From: Candidatus Endobugula sp.
GTDB taxonomy: Bacteria; Pseudomonadota; Gammaproteobacteria; Pseudomonadales; Cellvibrionaceae
NCBI GenBank assembly: GCA_047636495.1
Contig: JBLILH010000012.1
Location: 27,083-91,082, forward strand
Direction: 5' to 3'
DNA length: 64,000 nucleotides
A program made the position numbers and the translations under genes. Shown here piece by piece: positions 45,057 through 55,444 of this stretch. The notes under the pieces are model-generated. The model was not told the origin of the DNA and searched no databases. It was given only the letters and a program-made list of their open reading frames with translations. The number at the start of each line of letters is the position of its first letter. Within the stretch, counting starts at the first letter, position 1.

Positions 45057-45915
45057 CCCTACTGTTGAGTCCTTTCTTTATTTATTATCGAGTGTATTCA
45101 AATATAGAGTAAAAACGACGATTTTATTACTTTTTTTGATATTATTTTGTAGCGTTTTTTCTATGCCAGTATTTGCCCAAGATACATCAGCTACCAACAA
45201 CACTACATCGTCTATTAACAAAACAATGGGGGGCTTTCCTGATTTATCAGCGATTACCTTAACGACCAATGACGACGGTAGCCAAGAATACTCCATCAGT
45301 ATTCAGGTTTTATTGTTGATGACAACATTGACGTTTATTCCGGCCATATTGTTAATGATGACGTCATTTACCCGTATCATCATCGTTTTTGCCATTTTAC
45401 GTCAAGCATTGGGTTTGCAGCAGTCGCCCTCGAATCAAATTTTAATAGGCATGACATTATTTCTGACACTTTTTATCATGACTCCGGTCATTAACGAGGT
45501 GAATGAAAACGCGCTCCAGCCTTATCTTGCAGAGCAAATTTCTTCTGACCAAGCAATTGATAATGTAATCGGGCCATTTCATCGTTTTATGATGGGACAA
45601 ACACGAGAAAGTGACCTAAAATTATTTATGGATATCGCCGATGTTTCTGCAGTAGATACGGCAGATCAAGTGCCGTTAAGAGTATTGATCCCATCGTTTA
45701 TTACCAGTGAATTAAAAACAGCATTTCAAATAGGATTTATTTTATTTATTCCATTCTTAGTCATTGATTTAGTCGTTGCCAGTGTATTGATGGCTATGGG
45801 TATGATGATGTTGTCACCGTTAATTATCTCTTTGCCTTTTAAATTAATGTTATTTGTTTTAGTTGATGGTTGGGCCATGCTAATGGGTACACTAGCGACT
45901 AGTTTTGGTATTTGA
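45046..45915 (+). CDS. fliP: Flagellar export gate FliP
   Basis: [46 protein letters not shown]. Confidence 0.97.
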   Translation: MINSPTVESFLYLLSSVFKYRVKTTILLLFLILFCSVFSMPVFAQDTSATNNTTSSINKTMGGFPDLSAITLTTNDDGSQEYSISIQVLLLMTTLTFIPAILLMMTSFTRIIIVFAILRQALGLQQSPSNQILIGMTLFLTLFIMTPVINEVNENALQPYLAEQISSDQAIDNVIGPFHRFMMGQTRESDLKLFMDIADVSAVDTADQVPLRVLIPSFITSELKTAFQIGFILFIPFLVIDLVVASVLMAMGMMMLSPLIISLPFKLMLFVLVDGWAMLMGTLATSFGI

Positions 45916-45943
45916 TAAGATTGATATTAGGAGAAGAGTTGCT

Positions 45944-46213
45944 ATGACACCTGAAGTGGTTATGGAATTATTTGGTAGAGCGCTATATTTAACCGTATTA
46001 ATGGTAACGTTAATTGTCGGTCCGGGTTTATGCGTAGGCTTGATTGTCAGTATGTTTCAAGCGGCGACACAGATCAATGAACAGACCTTAAGTTTTTTAC
46101 CTCGATTAATCATTACGTTATTTGCAATTATGTTTTTAGGTGGTTGGTTAATTACACAATTTACAGATTTATTTAATGATCTTTTCTTGAATATTCCACT
46201 GCTTATTGGTTAA
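45944..46213 (+). CDS. fliQ: Flagellar export gate FliQ
   Basis: MTPE start, FQAATQINEQTLSFLPR; 89 aa. Confidence 0.96.
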   Translation: MTPEVVMELFGRALYLTVLMVTLIVGPGLCVGLIVSMFQAATQINEQTLSFLPRLIITLFAIMFLGGWLITQFTDLFNDLFLNIPLLIG

Positions 46214-46280
46214 CGACAATGTGTAATATAATCGATAAAATAGTGCATAAAATTATTGATAGGGCCATTATTAGATCACC

Positions 46281-47057
46281 ATGCTTAATCTTCTTGAATC
46301 AGATGTGTTGTCCTGGGTAAGCCAGTATTTCTTACCTTTAGTACGTCTTTCTGCTTTTTTTCTTTCAGCCCCTATCTTTAGTGTACGTATTGTTTCTACC
46401 CGTATACGTCTCGTATTGTCTTTGTCAGTGACTATTCTTATTGTTCCTATACTACCGGCTGTGCCGCTGATCGACGGCGTCAGTCTATCGACCGCAATTA
46501 TTATTGCACAGCAAATATTAATTGGTGTCGCACTTGGCTTTACATTCCAGGTTGTTTTTCAGGTGTTCGTCCTCACCGGCCAATATATCGCTATGAAGTT
46601 AGGTTTAGGTTTTGCTTCGATGAATGATCCTAGTAATGGCGTGAGTGTAACGATTGTCTCACAGTTTTATTTGCTGACGACGACGCTTTTATTTTTAAGC
46701 TTTAACGGCCATCTGGTGTTAATTCAAATACTAGTGAATAGTTTTACCGAAATACCTATTGGCGAAGGTGGTATTAGCACGAGTAACTTATATCGCATCG
46801 TCGAGTTTGGTGGCTGGATGTTTGGCAGCGCTTTAGTCATTTCTATGCCTGTATTAACTGCCTTGTTAGTGGTGAATAGTGCGTTTGGTGTGATGAGTCG
46901 TTCTGCACCACAAATGAATATTTTTGCAGTGGGCTTCCCCATTACACTGATCTTTGGGTTAATGATTATGTGGGTAGGATTTCCAGCGTTTCTATTTTCC
47001 TTTGAACAATTTGTTGATGAAGGCATTGCTTTTGCAATCACGTTACTAACGCCATAA
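46281..47057 (+). CDS. fliR: Flagellar export gate FliR
   Basis: Hydrophobic; GLGFASMNDP, RSAPQMNIFAVGFP. Confidence 0.96.
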   Translation: MLNLLESDVLSWVSQYFLPLVRLSAFFLSAPIFSVRIVSTRIRLVLSLSVTILIVPILPAVPLIDGVSLSTAIIIAQQILIGVALGFTFQVVFQVFVLTGQYIAMKLGLGFASMNDPSNGVSVTIVSQFYLLTTTLLFLSFNGHLVLIQILVNSFTEIPIGEGGISTSNLYRIVEFGGWMFGSALVISMPVLTALLVVNSAFGVMSRSAPQMNIFAVGFPITLIFGLMIMWVGFPAFLFSFEQFVDEGIAFAITLLTP

Positions 47058-47222
47058 AAATGACGTGTTGTGATAATAGTTATTTCGACTGTTTAAGATT
47101 TTTTTTGTCGATCGAAACCTTCAATGTCACTGTAAATTATTCTATAAATAGGTTTTCTTTATTCCACATCGATTTTTCTCTAGTGAGAAAATACCTTTAC
47201 ATAAAAGATAGCGAGATCTTCT

Positions 47223-48356
47223 ATGTCAGAAAATGATAGTAGTCAGGAAAAAACAGAAGAGGCTACACCAAAAAAAGCCGACAAAGCGAAAGAAGATGGC
47301 CAAATTCCTCGGTCCAAAGAATTAATTACGACAACAGTATTATTAGCAGGCACTATCGGCTTATGGCTGTTCGGAGGGATACTCGCTAACAGTCTGATGG
47401 ATATTGCGAAACTCAACTTCGCAATACCTAGGGAGGCTGTTTTTGATGTTGAGTATATGTTTGGTAATTTAGGACAGTCATTTTACGATGCCTTCCTAGC
47501 ACTCATTCCTATATTCTCTATTTTATTAATTGCCGCCATTGTTGGTCCTATTGCTTTAGGGGGCTGGTTATTTAGTGGGAAATCAATGATGCCGAAATTC
47601 AGTCGCATGAGTCCTGCCGCCGGTTTAAAGCGCATGTTTTCAATGAATGCACTAATTGAGTTAGCGAAAGCCTTAGCGAAAGTAGTGCTAATTATCGTGC
47701 TTTCTTTGATACTACTAAAAAGTCTCGAAGGCAATTTAATGAGCCTTGCTTACGAAGATATTCGTACTTCCATCTTACATTCTTTAGACATTAGTGTGTG
47801 GGCAGCACTGGCATTGTCCTTGGTGACTATTTTAATCGCTATTGTCGATATCCCGGTTCAAATTTTTGAAAACTCAAAAAAATTGAAAATGACTTTGCAA
47901 GAAGTTAAAGATGAAATGAAGGATACCGATGGTAAACCGGAGGTTAAAAGTAAGATTAGACAATTACAACAAGAAGTGGCAAATAGAAAAATGATGGGCG
48001 AAGTACCCGAAGCTGATGTAGTGATTACCAACCCGACTCATTATGCTATAGCGATAAAATATAATCCTGATTCAATGGAAACCCCTATCGTCGTCGCAAA
48101 GGGAGTAGAGCATGTTGCTTTTAGAATCAGAGACGTTGCTAAAGAGCACGGTGTCGACATCATTGAATCGCCTGTGCTGGCGCGTGCAATTTACAATACC
48201 ACTAAAATAGATGAATCAATTCCAAAAGGACTATATGTGGCGGTCGCCAAAGTATTGGCATATGTCTTCCAGTTGCGTAACTTTAAACGTGGTATTGCCC
48301 AACGGCCATCATTCCCTTACTCGGTAGACGTGCCTGACGATTTATATTTCGACTAG
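47223..48356 (+). CDS. flhB: Flagellar export protein FlhB
   Basis: QEKTEEATPKK, NPTH autocleavage site, APIVVAKG-like PIVVAKG. Confidence 0.97.
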   Translation: MSENDSSQEKTEEATPKKADKAKEDGQIPRSKELITTTVLLAGTIGLWLFGGILANSLMDIAKLNFAIPREAVFDVEYMFGNLGQSFYDAFLALIPIFSILLIAAIVGPIALGGWLFSGKSMMPKFSRMSPAAGLKRMFSMNALIELAKALAKVVLIIVLSLILLKSLEGNLMSLAYEDIRTSILHSLDISVWAALALSLVTILIAIVDIPVQIFENSKKLKMTLQEVKDEMKDTDGKPEVKSKIRQLQQEVANRKMMGEVPEADVVITNPTHYAIAIKYNPDSMETPIVVAKGVEHVAFRIRDVAKEHGVDIIESPVLARAIYNTTKIDESIPKGLYVAVAKVLAYVFQLRNFKRGIAQRPSFPYSVDVPDDLYFD

Positions 48357-48365
48357 CTACCGATG

Positions 48366-48381
48366 AGGCACACTTCTTGCG
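48366..48381 (+). promoter_or_regulatory. sigma54 promoter of flhA
   Basis: AGGCAC-ACTTC-TTGCG. Confidence 0.7.
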
Positions 48382-48406
48382 ACAGCAAAGGTAATTATTC
48401 ATAAGA

Positions 48407-48420
48407 GTCAATAAAGCGAC
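48407..48420 (+). promoter_or_regulatory. Candidate FleQ box in the flhA leader
   Basis: GTCAATAAAGCGAC vs the Pseudomonas FleQ consensus GTCaNTAAAtTGAC (two mismatches). Confidence 0.45.
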
Positions 48421-48425
48421 ACACT

Positions 48426-50639
48426 ATGCAGCTACCTTCTTTTAGTCAGTTCTCTTTTCCTGATCGCCAGACTGCGTTCAACAATGTGCGTAGCGCGAGC
48501 TCGGGAAATTTTGGCATCCCTTTAGCACTGCTGACATTGTTAGGCATGATGATGCTGCCATTACCAGCATTTTTGCTTGATGTCTTTTTCTCTTTTAACA
48601 TTGCGTTATCGATCGTGGTGTTGTTGGTGGGTGTTTATGCGTTACGCCCATTAGATTTTGCTGTTTTCCCCACCATTTTATTACTTGCGACCTTATTGCG
48701 CTTAGCACTCAATGTGGCGTCTACTCGCGTCGTATTATTAGAAGGGCACAATGGCGGCGATGCTGCAGGCAAAGTGATTCAAGCATTTGGCGAAGTCGTT
48801 ATTGGTGGTAACTATGCAGTTGGTTTAGTCATCTTTTTGATTCTTATTATTATCAATTTCGTGGTGGTGACTAAAGGTGCTGGACGTATCTCAGAAGTGA
48901 GTGCGCGTTTTACTTTGGACGCTATGCCCGGTAAGCAAATGGCCATTGATGCAGATTTAAATGCGGGCATCATTGATCAAGAAGAGGCCAAACAGAGAAG
49001 ACATGATGTGTCTAGTGAGGCGGATTTTTATGGTGCTATGGACGGCGCCAGTAAATTTGTTCGTGGTGATGCTATAGCGGGCATCCTCATTTTAATCATC
49101 AACATTATTGGAGGCTTAGGCATCGGTATGATGCAGCATGACCTAGAGTTTTCCGATGCAGTTGAAAAATATATTTTACTGACTATTGGCGACGGTCTGG
49201 TGGCACAAATTCCATCACTATTGCTATCAGTTTCTGCTGCGATTATGGTGACGCGAGTTAACAGTGCCGAAGATATGCGTGCACAAATTATGCGTCAAAT
49301 GTTTGATACACCAAGAGCACTGGGGATTTCCTCGGGCGTACTTTTTCTAATGGGCGTCATCCCAGGAATGCCTCATGTGGCATTCCTGGGTTTATCCGCT
49401 GCATGCGCCGGTCTTGCATACGTAGTGCATTATCGTAATCAACAAGGCATGGTTGAAGAAGTTTCCGCTGGTGCATCCGGCGGCGGCCAAACCCACAGCA
49501 CGTCAAATAATAATCCCATGTCAAATACTGCAACATTACCCGCCGGTAATAACGCCTCACTCATAGAAGGGAGAACAGAGTCAGCCGAGATTAGTTGGGA
49601 TGACGTTATGCCCATCGACATTATCGGGTTAGAGGTCGGTTACCGTCTTATTCCTTTGGTAGACAAATCTCAAGGGGGTGAATTACTCGGACGCATCAAA
49701 GGTGTGCGTAAAAAGCTATCACAAGATGTAGGTTTTTTAATTCCCTCTGTGCATATTCGCGATAATCTTGATTTATTACCTAACCAGTACCGTATTACAT
49801 TGATGGGGGTTAATTTAGGTGAGGCAGAAGTTTTTCTGGGTAAAGACTTAGCCATTAACCCCGGTCAAGTATTTGGTTCTATAGAAGGGCAGCCCACCAC
49901 AGATCCTGCATTTGGCTTAGAGGCTGTGTGGGTGGACTCTCACCATAAAGATAAAGCGCAAACTTTAGGATATACCGTGGTCGATGTTAGCACGGTAATC
50001 GCTACCCACCTTAATCAAATCATGCAAAAACACAGCGATGAAATGTTAGGCCACGAAGATGTGCAACAGCTATTGGAGAACCTAGCGAAAAGCTCTCCCA
50101 AGTTAGTGGAAGAACTTACGCCTAATACGGTATCGATTAATATTTTACGCAAAGTACTGCAAAATTTATTACGTGAAAAAGTCTCTATTCGCGATTTCAG
50201 AAGCATAGCCGAATCCATTACAGGTTTTGGTGCATCGCAAAATGCTGATATGTTAACGGCGGCTTGTCGCCAATCCTTGTCCCGACAAATAGTCCAGGGG
50301 ATTGTGGGCAACACTAATGAGCTTGCGGTGATGACATTAGATCCCAGCTTGGAACAGTTATTGCTGAAGTCTATAGAGCAGGCACAGAATTCTGGCGCGG
50401 ACGTAGGCGCATTTATTGAGCCAACCATGGCGGAAAGATTACAGCAATCACTAATGGACACGGCCAGTAAACTAGAAATGGAAGGTAAACCGCTGGTGCT
50501 GTTAGTGGCTGCACCGGTACGCTTAACGTTATCGAAATTTACGCGATTATTTATACCTGACATGCACGTAATGGCTTTTAACGAAGTCCCCGACAACAAA
50601 CAGCTGGTTATAGAAGCGTCTATAGGCGTTGAAAGCTAA
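48426..50639 (+). CDS. flhA: Flagellar export protein FlhA
   Basis: RFTLDAMPGKQMAIDADL, FYGAMDGASKFVRGDA, LEVGYRLIPLVD. Confidence 0.98.
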   Translation: MQLPSFSQFSFPDRQTAFNNVRSASSGNFGIPLALLTLLGMMMLPLPAFLLDVFFSFNIALSIVVLLVGVYALRPLDFAVFPTILLLATLLRLALNVASTRVVLLEGHNGGDAAGKVIQAFGEVVIGGNYAVGLVIFLILIIINFVVVTKGAGRISEVSARFTLDAMPGKQMAIDADLNAGIIDQEEAKQRRHDVSSEADFYGAMDGASKFVRGDAIAGILILIINIIGGLGIGMMQHDLEFSDAVEKYILLTIGDGLVAQIPSLLLSVSAAIMVTRVNSAEDMRAQIMRQMFDTPRALGISSGVLFLMGVIPGMPHVAFLGLSAACAGLAYVVHYRNQQGMVEEVSAGASGGGQTHSTSNNNPMSNTATLPAGNNASLIEGRTESAEISWDDVMPIDIIGLEVGYRLIPLVDKSQGGELLGRIKGVRKKLSQDVGFLIPSVHIRDNLDLLPNQYRITLMGVNLGEAEVFLGKDLAINPGQVFGSIEGQPTTDPAFGLEAVWVDSHHKDKAQTLGYTVVDVSTVIATHLNQIMQKHSDEMLGHEDVQQLLENLAKSSPKLVEELTPNTVSINILRKVLQNLLREKVSIRDFRSIAESITGFGASQNADMLTAACRQSLSRQIVQGIVGNTNELAVMTLDPSLEQLLLKSIEQAQNSGADVGAFIEPTMAERLQQSLMDTASKLEMEGKPLVLLVAAPVRLTLSKFTRLFIPDMHVMAFNEVPDNKQLVIEASIGVES

Positions 50640-50674
50640 GAGATCTTAGATCTTTTTTACAGAGGAATACCGAT

Positions 50675-52312
50675 ATGCAAGCAAAACGTTTTATTGCAGC
50701 TGACATGCGCCGCGCCCTTGATATGGTGAAAGAAGAGTATGGTGAAGACGCCATGATCATTTCGACAGAGCGAACGGTAAAGGGTGTTGAATTAGTGGCT
50801 ACCGGCGAAGCCGCATTAGATCAGCTTCAGCACAATGTATCGGCATCTGCCAATGTATCTGGCTCCATAATGACTGAGCGCCAGCAAAACATTGTTACGG
50901 CTGCTACAGGTCTTAAGTCCGAGTTTCAGGCGATAGCCGCAGACTCGCTTCCTCAGGCAAGTCAGTTTTCGCAGTGCGCCACTACTTCGTCGAGAAGCTC
51001 GGTATATGCTCATCGATCTTCATCTCGTCACGGTAGTGACAATGACGTAGGCCCAGCATCAGGGAAAACCAAGCGGCAGCTTGCCGAAGAAATGGAGCTA
51101 GCCAATCGTAAAATGCAGGCAGCCCAGCAGGCTGATTCTATGACATTAGAAGATTGGGCAGATAAAGAATACGCTCAGCGACAAGCAAAGCGGCCAAAGC
51201 CACTAGTATCATTACCTCAATCGGTGTCAGAGCAGCAGGAACAGGAATGCTTCCAAGCTGAGCCGGAGCATACTTCACGTCTGCAAAATGATGCTCTAGC
51301 ATCATTCCAGCGTCAATCAATTTCTGAAGATAACGATATTCGCCGTCTTCATAATGAAATTGCAGAAATGCGTGAGACACTTGAAATGCAATTAATACAT
51401 ATGGCGGACATGCAAGAACGTCAAATTACTGGCATGGATAAAATAAAAGGTACGACAGACGACTCTGAACTTACGCAAAATAATATTGATCAATTAGAGC
51501 TAAAAAAAATAAAAACCCAACTTGCCTTTCTATCTTTGCCCAAAGCCGCTAATGATAAAGTGGTCAAGTGCTTACAAAAAAAACCAATATCTACTGCGAA
51601 AAAATCACTCTTGTGGGCCCATATTCTTACACAGGTATCAAGGCAAATCCCTAGCGATACCACAGACCCTGTATCTCAAGGGGGTATCTTTGCTTTTTTA
51701 GGGACAACTGGAGTCGGCAAAACCACCACTATTGCTAAGCTTGCCGCACGCTATGTAATGGAGAACAGTCCTGAAGATGTGGTCTTACTCACTACTGACA
51801 GACATCGTATTGCCGCACATAATCAATTAACATCCCTTGCCAAAGTATTGAACGTACGTGTTGAAATTGTCGATGAGTTAAATCACTTGCCTCACTATTT
51901 GGATCAACTGCAAGAGTACACCCTAATATTAATAGATACCCCCGGAATGGGGCATGCTGATCCATTGTTAAAACCACACCTCAATATATTAGAAAAATGT
52001 GAGGCGTTACAAAAAGTTTTTGTGGTTCCCGCGAACAATCAATATCAAATGATCAAAGCCTCGTTGCATAGCTATGGTGTGTCTAACTTAGATTATTGCG
52101 TGATGACCAAGTTAGACGAGTGTGCTAGCTTAAGCGACGCGACCGGTGTATTGATTGAACACAATATTCCCTTGGCGTATATCACTGATGGACAATCTGT
52201 TCCTGAAGATATTGCCATTCTTAAGGCCTCTGAATTTGTAGCACGAGGTGTTAACTTATTAAAACAGCAACGAAAAAACGAAGCGTATGAGCGCCAGCAA
52301 CTCTCTCAGTAA
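50675..52312 (+). CDS. flhF: SRP-type GTPase FlhF
   Basis: KRFIAADMRRAL N-terminus, GVGKTTTIAKLAA, DTPG, TKLDE; long B-domain linker. Confidence 0.93.
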   Translation: MQAKRFIAADMRRALDMVKEEYGEDAMIISTERTVKGVELVATGEAALDQLQHNVSASANVSGSIMTERQQNIVTAATGLKSEFQAIAADSLPQASQFSQCATTSSRSSVYAHRSSSRHGSDNDVGPASGKTKRQLAEEMELANRKMQAAQQADSMTLEDWADKEYAQRQAKRPKPLVSLPQSVSEQQEQECFQAEPEHTSRLQNDALASFQRQSISEDNDIRRLHNEIAEMRETLEMQLIHMADMQERQITGMDKIKGTTDDSELTQNNIDQLELKKIKTQLAFLSLPKAANDKVVKCLQKKPISTAKKSLLWAHILTQVSRQIPSDTTDPVSQGGIFAFLGTTGVGKTTTIAKLAARYVMENSPEDVVLLTTDRHRIAAHNQLTSLAKVLNVRVEIVDELNHLPHYLDQLQEYTLILIDTPGMGHADPLLKPHLNILEKCEALQKVFVVPANNQYQMIKASLHSYGVSNLDYCVMTKLDECASLSDATGVLIEHNIPLAYITDGQSVPEDIAILKASEFVARGVNLLKQQRKNEAYERQQLSQ

Positions 52313-52432
52313 TAAATTGAGTGTCTGTCTATCAAATGGCAGGCGATATTCAGTAAAGCAACTATACTGTGTTCAATGTACAATATTCTATACGCAGTTA
52401 GAATCTTCATGATTATAGGAGCAAGGTAATCA

Positions 52433-53275
52433 ATGAGTCATCCAGTTCAAGTTATAGCCGTAACGGGTGGTAAAGGTGGGGTAGGTAAAAGCAATATATC
52501 CGTCAATTTAAGTCTAGCGCTAGCCGCTATGAACCGTAGAGTCGTATTGATGGATGCTGACTTAGGTCTCGCCAATATAGATATTCTACTCGGTATTAGA
52601 GCTGACAAGACGATCGCAGATGTATTATCTGGTGAATGCACTCTACGTGATATTTTAATTAAAGGTCCCGGCGGTATCCGCATTGTACCTGCCGCCTCGG
52701 GTGTGCAACACATGGCCTCCCTGAGTGCTCAGCAACATGGCGCAATGATCCAAGCCTTTAGTGATTTAGAAGGTCAGCTGGATGTACTAGTTATTGATAC
52801 GGCTGCAGGTATTTCCGATACTGTTGTTAGTTTTGTGCGAGCGGCGCAAGAAGTGTTAGTAGTTGTTTGCGACGAGCCGTCTTCAATTACTGATGCTTAC
52901 GCACTGATCAAATTGCTCAATAAAGAATACGACCTTGTACGTTTCCGTGTGATTGCTAATATGGTGGACTCGCCTAAAGAAGGTCACAACTTATTTATTA
53001 AACTGAGCGGTGTCTGTGAACGTTTTCTGGATGTGACCATGCAGTACGTGGGCGCCGTTCCTTTCGATACTAATGTGCGTAAAGCGGTACAGCGACAAAA
53101 GCCTGTCATTCAAATGTTTCCTCAAACAAAAGCATCACAAGCATATCGTCAATTGGCCAGCAAGGTGAATGAATGGCCCGTGCTCTCTTCTCCCAGAGGG
53201 CATTTAGAGTTTTTCGTTGAAAGCTTACTGGCATCATCAAGCGCTAGCCAGTCTCATGCAACCAGTCATCAGTAG
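52433..53275 (+). CDS. fleN: MinD-like flagellar number regulator FleN/FlhG
   Basis: GGKGGVGKS, DADLGLAN, DAYALIK; between flhF and fliA. Confidence 0.95.
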   Translation: MSHPVQVIAVTGGKGGVGKSNISVNLSLALAAMNRRVVLMDADLGLANIDILLGIRADKTIADVLSGECTLRDILIKGPGGIRIVPAASGVQHMASLSAQQHGAMIQAFSDLEGQLDVLVIDTAAGISDTVVSFVRAAQEVLVVVCDEPSSITDAYALIKLLNKEYDLVRFRVIANMVDSPKEGHNLFIKLSGVCERFLDVTMQYVGAVPFDTNVRKAVQRQKPVIQMFPQTKASQAYRQLASKVNEWPVLSSPRGHLEFFVESLLASSSASQSHATSHQ

Positions 53276-53365
53276 TCATTTATATAGTTATGGACAAAGC
53301 GTTTTATAGTCAGTCTACTGCGGTTTACAGTAAAACCATTCGATCAATAAAAGTTGGTAGTAATA

Positions 53366-54121
53366 ATGACTTCTGAGGGTATTGATTTGTACGAGCAGGC
53401 TCATCAAACCACACAAGTGAGCCCATCATCTATCGAAATCTGCGTCGAAGACTACGCAGGCCTCGTGAAACGTATTGCGCAGTATATGGTGGCTAAAATG
53501 CCCGCTAGTGTACAAGTAGATGACCTCATACAGTCAGGTATGATTGGTTTACTCGAGGCAGCTAAAAAATATGACGGCTCACGTGGTGCCAGCTTTGAAA
53601 CTTATGCCGGCATAAGGATTCGTGGGGCAATTGTTGATGAAATTCGCAAAGGCGACTGGGTACCACGATCAGTTCATCGTAATAGCCGCCGAATTAGTGA
53701 AACTATTCGTCAGCTAGAAGCAAAATTTGGTCGAGACCCAAAAGACAGTGAAGTAGCTCAAGCTATGGGTGTAGAAATAGAAGACTACTACGCGATGTCC
53801 AGCGACGCACTATCAGGAAGATTGTTTAGTATTGAGGATTCATTTGAGGGTGATGAAGCCATTATTAGCGAAGATAAGCCATCACCCTTTATAGATCCGG
53901 ATGCGAGTGTACAGCAGCAAGCGTTACGAGCTTCATTGGCACAGGCGATTGAAAACTTACCTGAACGAGAAAAACTTGTATTGTCGCTTTATTACGACCA
54001 AGAACTTAATTTAAAAGAAATAGGTCATATTTTAGGCGTTAGTGAATCCAGAATCAGTCAAATTCATAGCCAAGCAGCATTAAGGCTACGAGCAAAATTA
54101 AAAGACTGGCAACCAGCGTAA
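53366..54121 (+). CDS. fliA: RNA polymerase sigma28 FliA
   Basis: DDLIQSGMIGLLEA, FETYAGIRIRGA, WVPRSVHR, GVSESRISQIH. Confidence 0.96.
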   Translation: MTSEGIDLYEQAHQTTQVSPSSIEICVEDYAGLVKRIAQYMVAKMPASVQVDDLIQSGMIGLLEAAKKYDGSRGASFETYAGIRIRGAIVDEIRKGDWVPRSVHRNSRRISETIRQLEAKFGRDPKDSEVAQAMGVEIEDYYAMSSDALSGRLFSIEDSFEGDEAIISEDKPSPFIDPDASVQQQALRASLAQAIENLPEREKLVLSLYYDQELNLKEIGHILGVSESRISQIHSQAALRLRAKLKDWQPA

Positions 54122-54216
54122 TTGCCTTGCATATTTTTAGGAGATTCACTGGCTACATCGAAAACAACGTCTAGACTATAAATAGATAGCATTTCAACGA
54201 GTATGTGGAGGTTACA

Positions 54217-54597
54217 TTGGACAAGAATATGAAAATACTCATAGTAGATGACTTTTCGACCATGCGTAGAATTATTAAAAACTTATTGAGAGATCTGGGT
54301 TTTACTAATACTCAAGAAGCGGATGATGGCTTGACCGCCTTGCCCATGCTTAAATCAGGGGACTTTGATTTTTTGGTCACCGACTGGAATATGCCAGGCA
54401 TGACAGGGATAGAATTGCTAAAAGAAGTAAGAGCTGATGAAAAACTTGCAAGCCTGCCGACATTAATGGTAACGGCGGAAGCGAAAAAAGATCAGATTGT
54501 TGAAGCCGCGCAAGCAGGGGTTAATGGATATGTGGTTAAACCATTCACTGCTCAAGCATTGAAAGACAAAATAGAAAAGATTTTTGATCGTGTGTAA
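54217..54597 (+). CDS. cheY: Chemotaxis response regulator CheY
   Basis: [30 protein letters not shown]; TTG start after GGAGG. Confidence 0.97.
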   Translation: MDKNMKILIVDDFSTMRRIIKNLLRDLGFTNTQEADDGLTALPMLKSGDFDFLVTDWNMPGMTGIELLKEVRADEKLASLPTLMVTAEAKKDQIVEAAQAGVNGYVVKPFTAQALKDKIEKIFDRV

Positions 54598-54639
54598 TCA
54601 GTGTAATTAGGCATTAGTTAAAAAACAAAAGGTTTATTA

Positions 54640-55434
54640 ATGACAAGTCAATTAGGTACACCGTCAACATCCCCCGATATGATTGATGAACTGCGCCAAT
54701 GCGCAGCGCTGTTAACTGAAAAGTTACAAGGGGACAATTATGAAGAGGCGTCAGAATTAATAGCTAAGGTCATGGAATGTCGAGACCAGCATATTTTTCA
54801 ATCCATTGGTAAATTAACACGTGGGTTGCACAATGCTATTGTTAATTTTAATGTGAATGGCAGTCAAGCATCAAGTGTTAATGTGAATGACTGCAAATTT
54901 CATGATGCATCAAATCGCTTAAATTATGTTATTGAATTAACGCAGAATGCGGCTGAAAAAACCATGGACATGGTGGAAGAAGCTGCGCCGATGTCACTTA
55001 GCCTTGCGCAGGAAGCTGCACTATTAAAAGTAGAGTGGTTACGTTTGCGTCAGCGTGAAATGACACCGGTAGAATTTAGAGAATTTTATACACGTCTAGA
55101 TGTTTTTTTTGATGTAACGGCTACCAGTACCACCAAATTAAATGAAAACTTACAAAACATTATTCTCGAGCAGGGCTTCCAAGATTTAACGGGGCAAGTT
55201 CTGAAACGAGTGATTAGTCTCATTAGTGATGTAGAAAATAATCTTGTTTCCCTCGTGCGTATCGCAGGACAAGTTGAATCTGTTGTTGGGATAAGTTCTG
55301 AAGATGTGAATGAAAAAACAGAAAACGAAAGAGATATTAAAGGCGAAGGGCCGCAGATGAAGTCAGCGGAACGAGAAGATGTTGTAAATGGTCAAGACGA
55401 AGTAGATGATCTACTATCAAGCTTAGGTTTTTAA
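54640..55434 (+). CDS. cheZ: Protein phosphatase CheZ
   Basis: RLNYVIELT, QGFQDLTGQV, QDEVDDLLSSLGF C-terminus. Confidence 0.95.
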   Translation: MTSQLGTPSTSPDMIDELRQCAALLTEKLQGDNYEEASELIAKVMECRDQHIFQSIGKLTRGLHNAIVNFNVNGSQASSVNVNDCKFHDASNRLNYVIELTQNAAEKTMDMVEEAAPMSLSLAQEAALLKVEWLRLRQREMTPVEFREFYTRLDVFFDVTATSTTKLNENLQNIILEQGFQDLTGQVLKRVISLISDVENNLVSLVRIAGQVESVVGISSEDVNEKTENERDIKGEGPQMKSAEREDVVNGQDEVDDLLSSLGF

Positions 55435-55444
55435 GGGGAACTCA

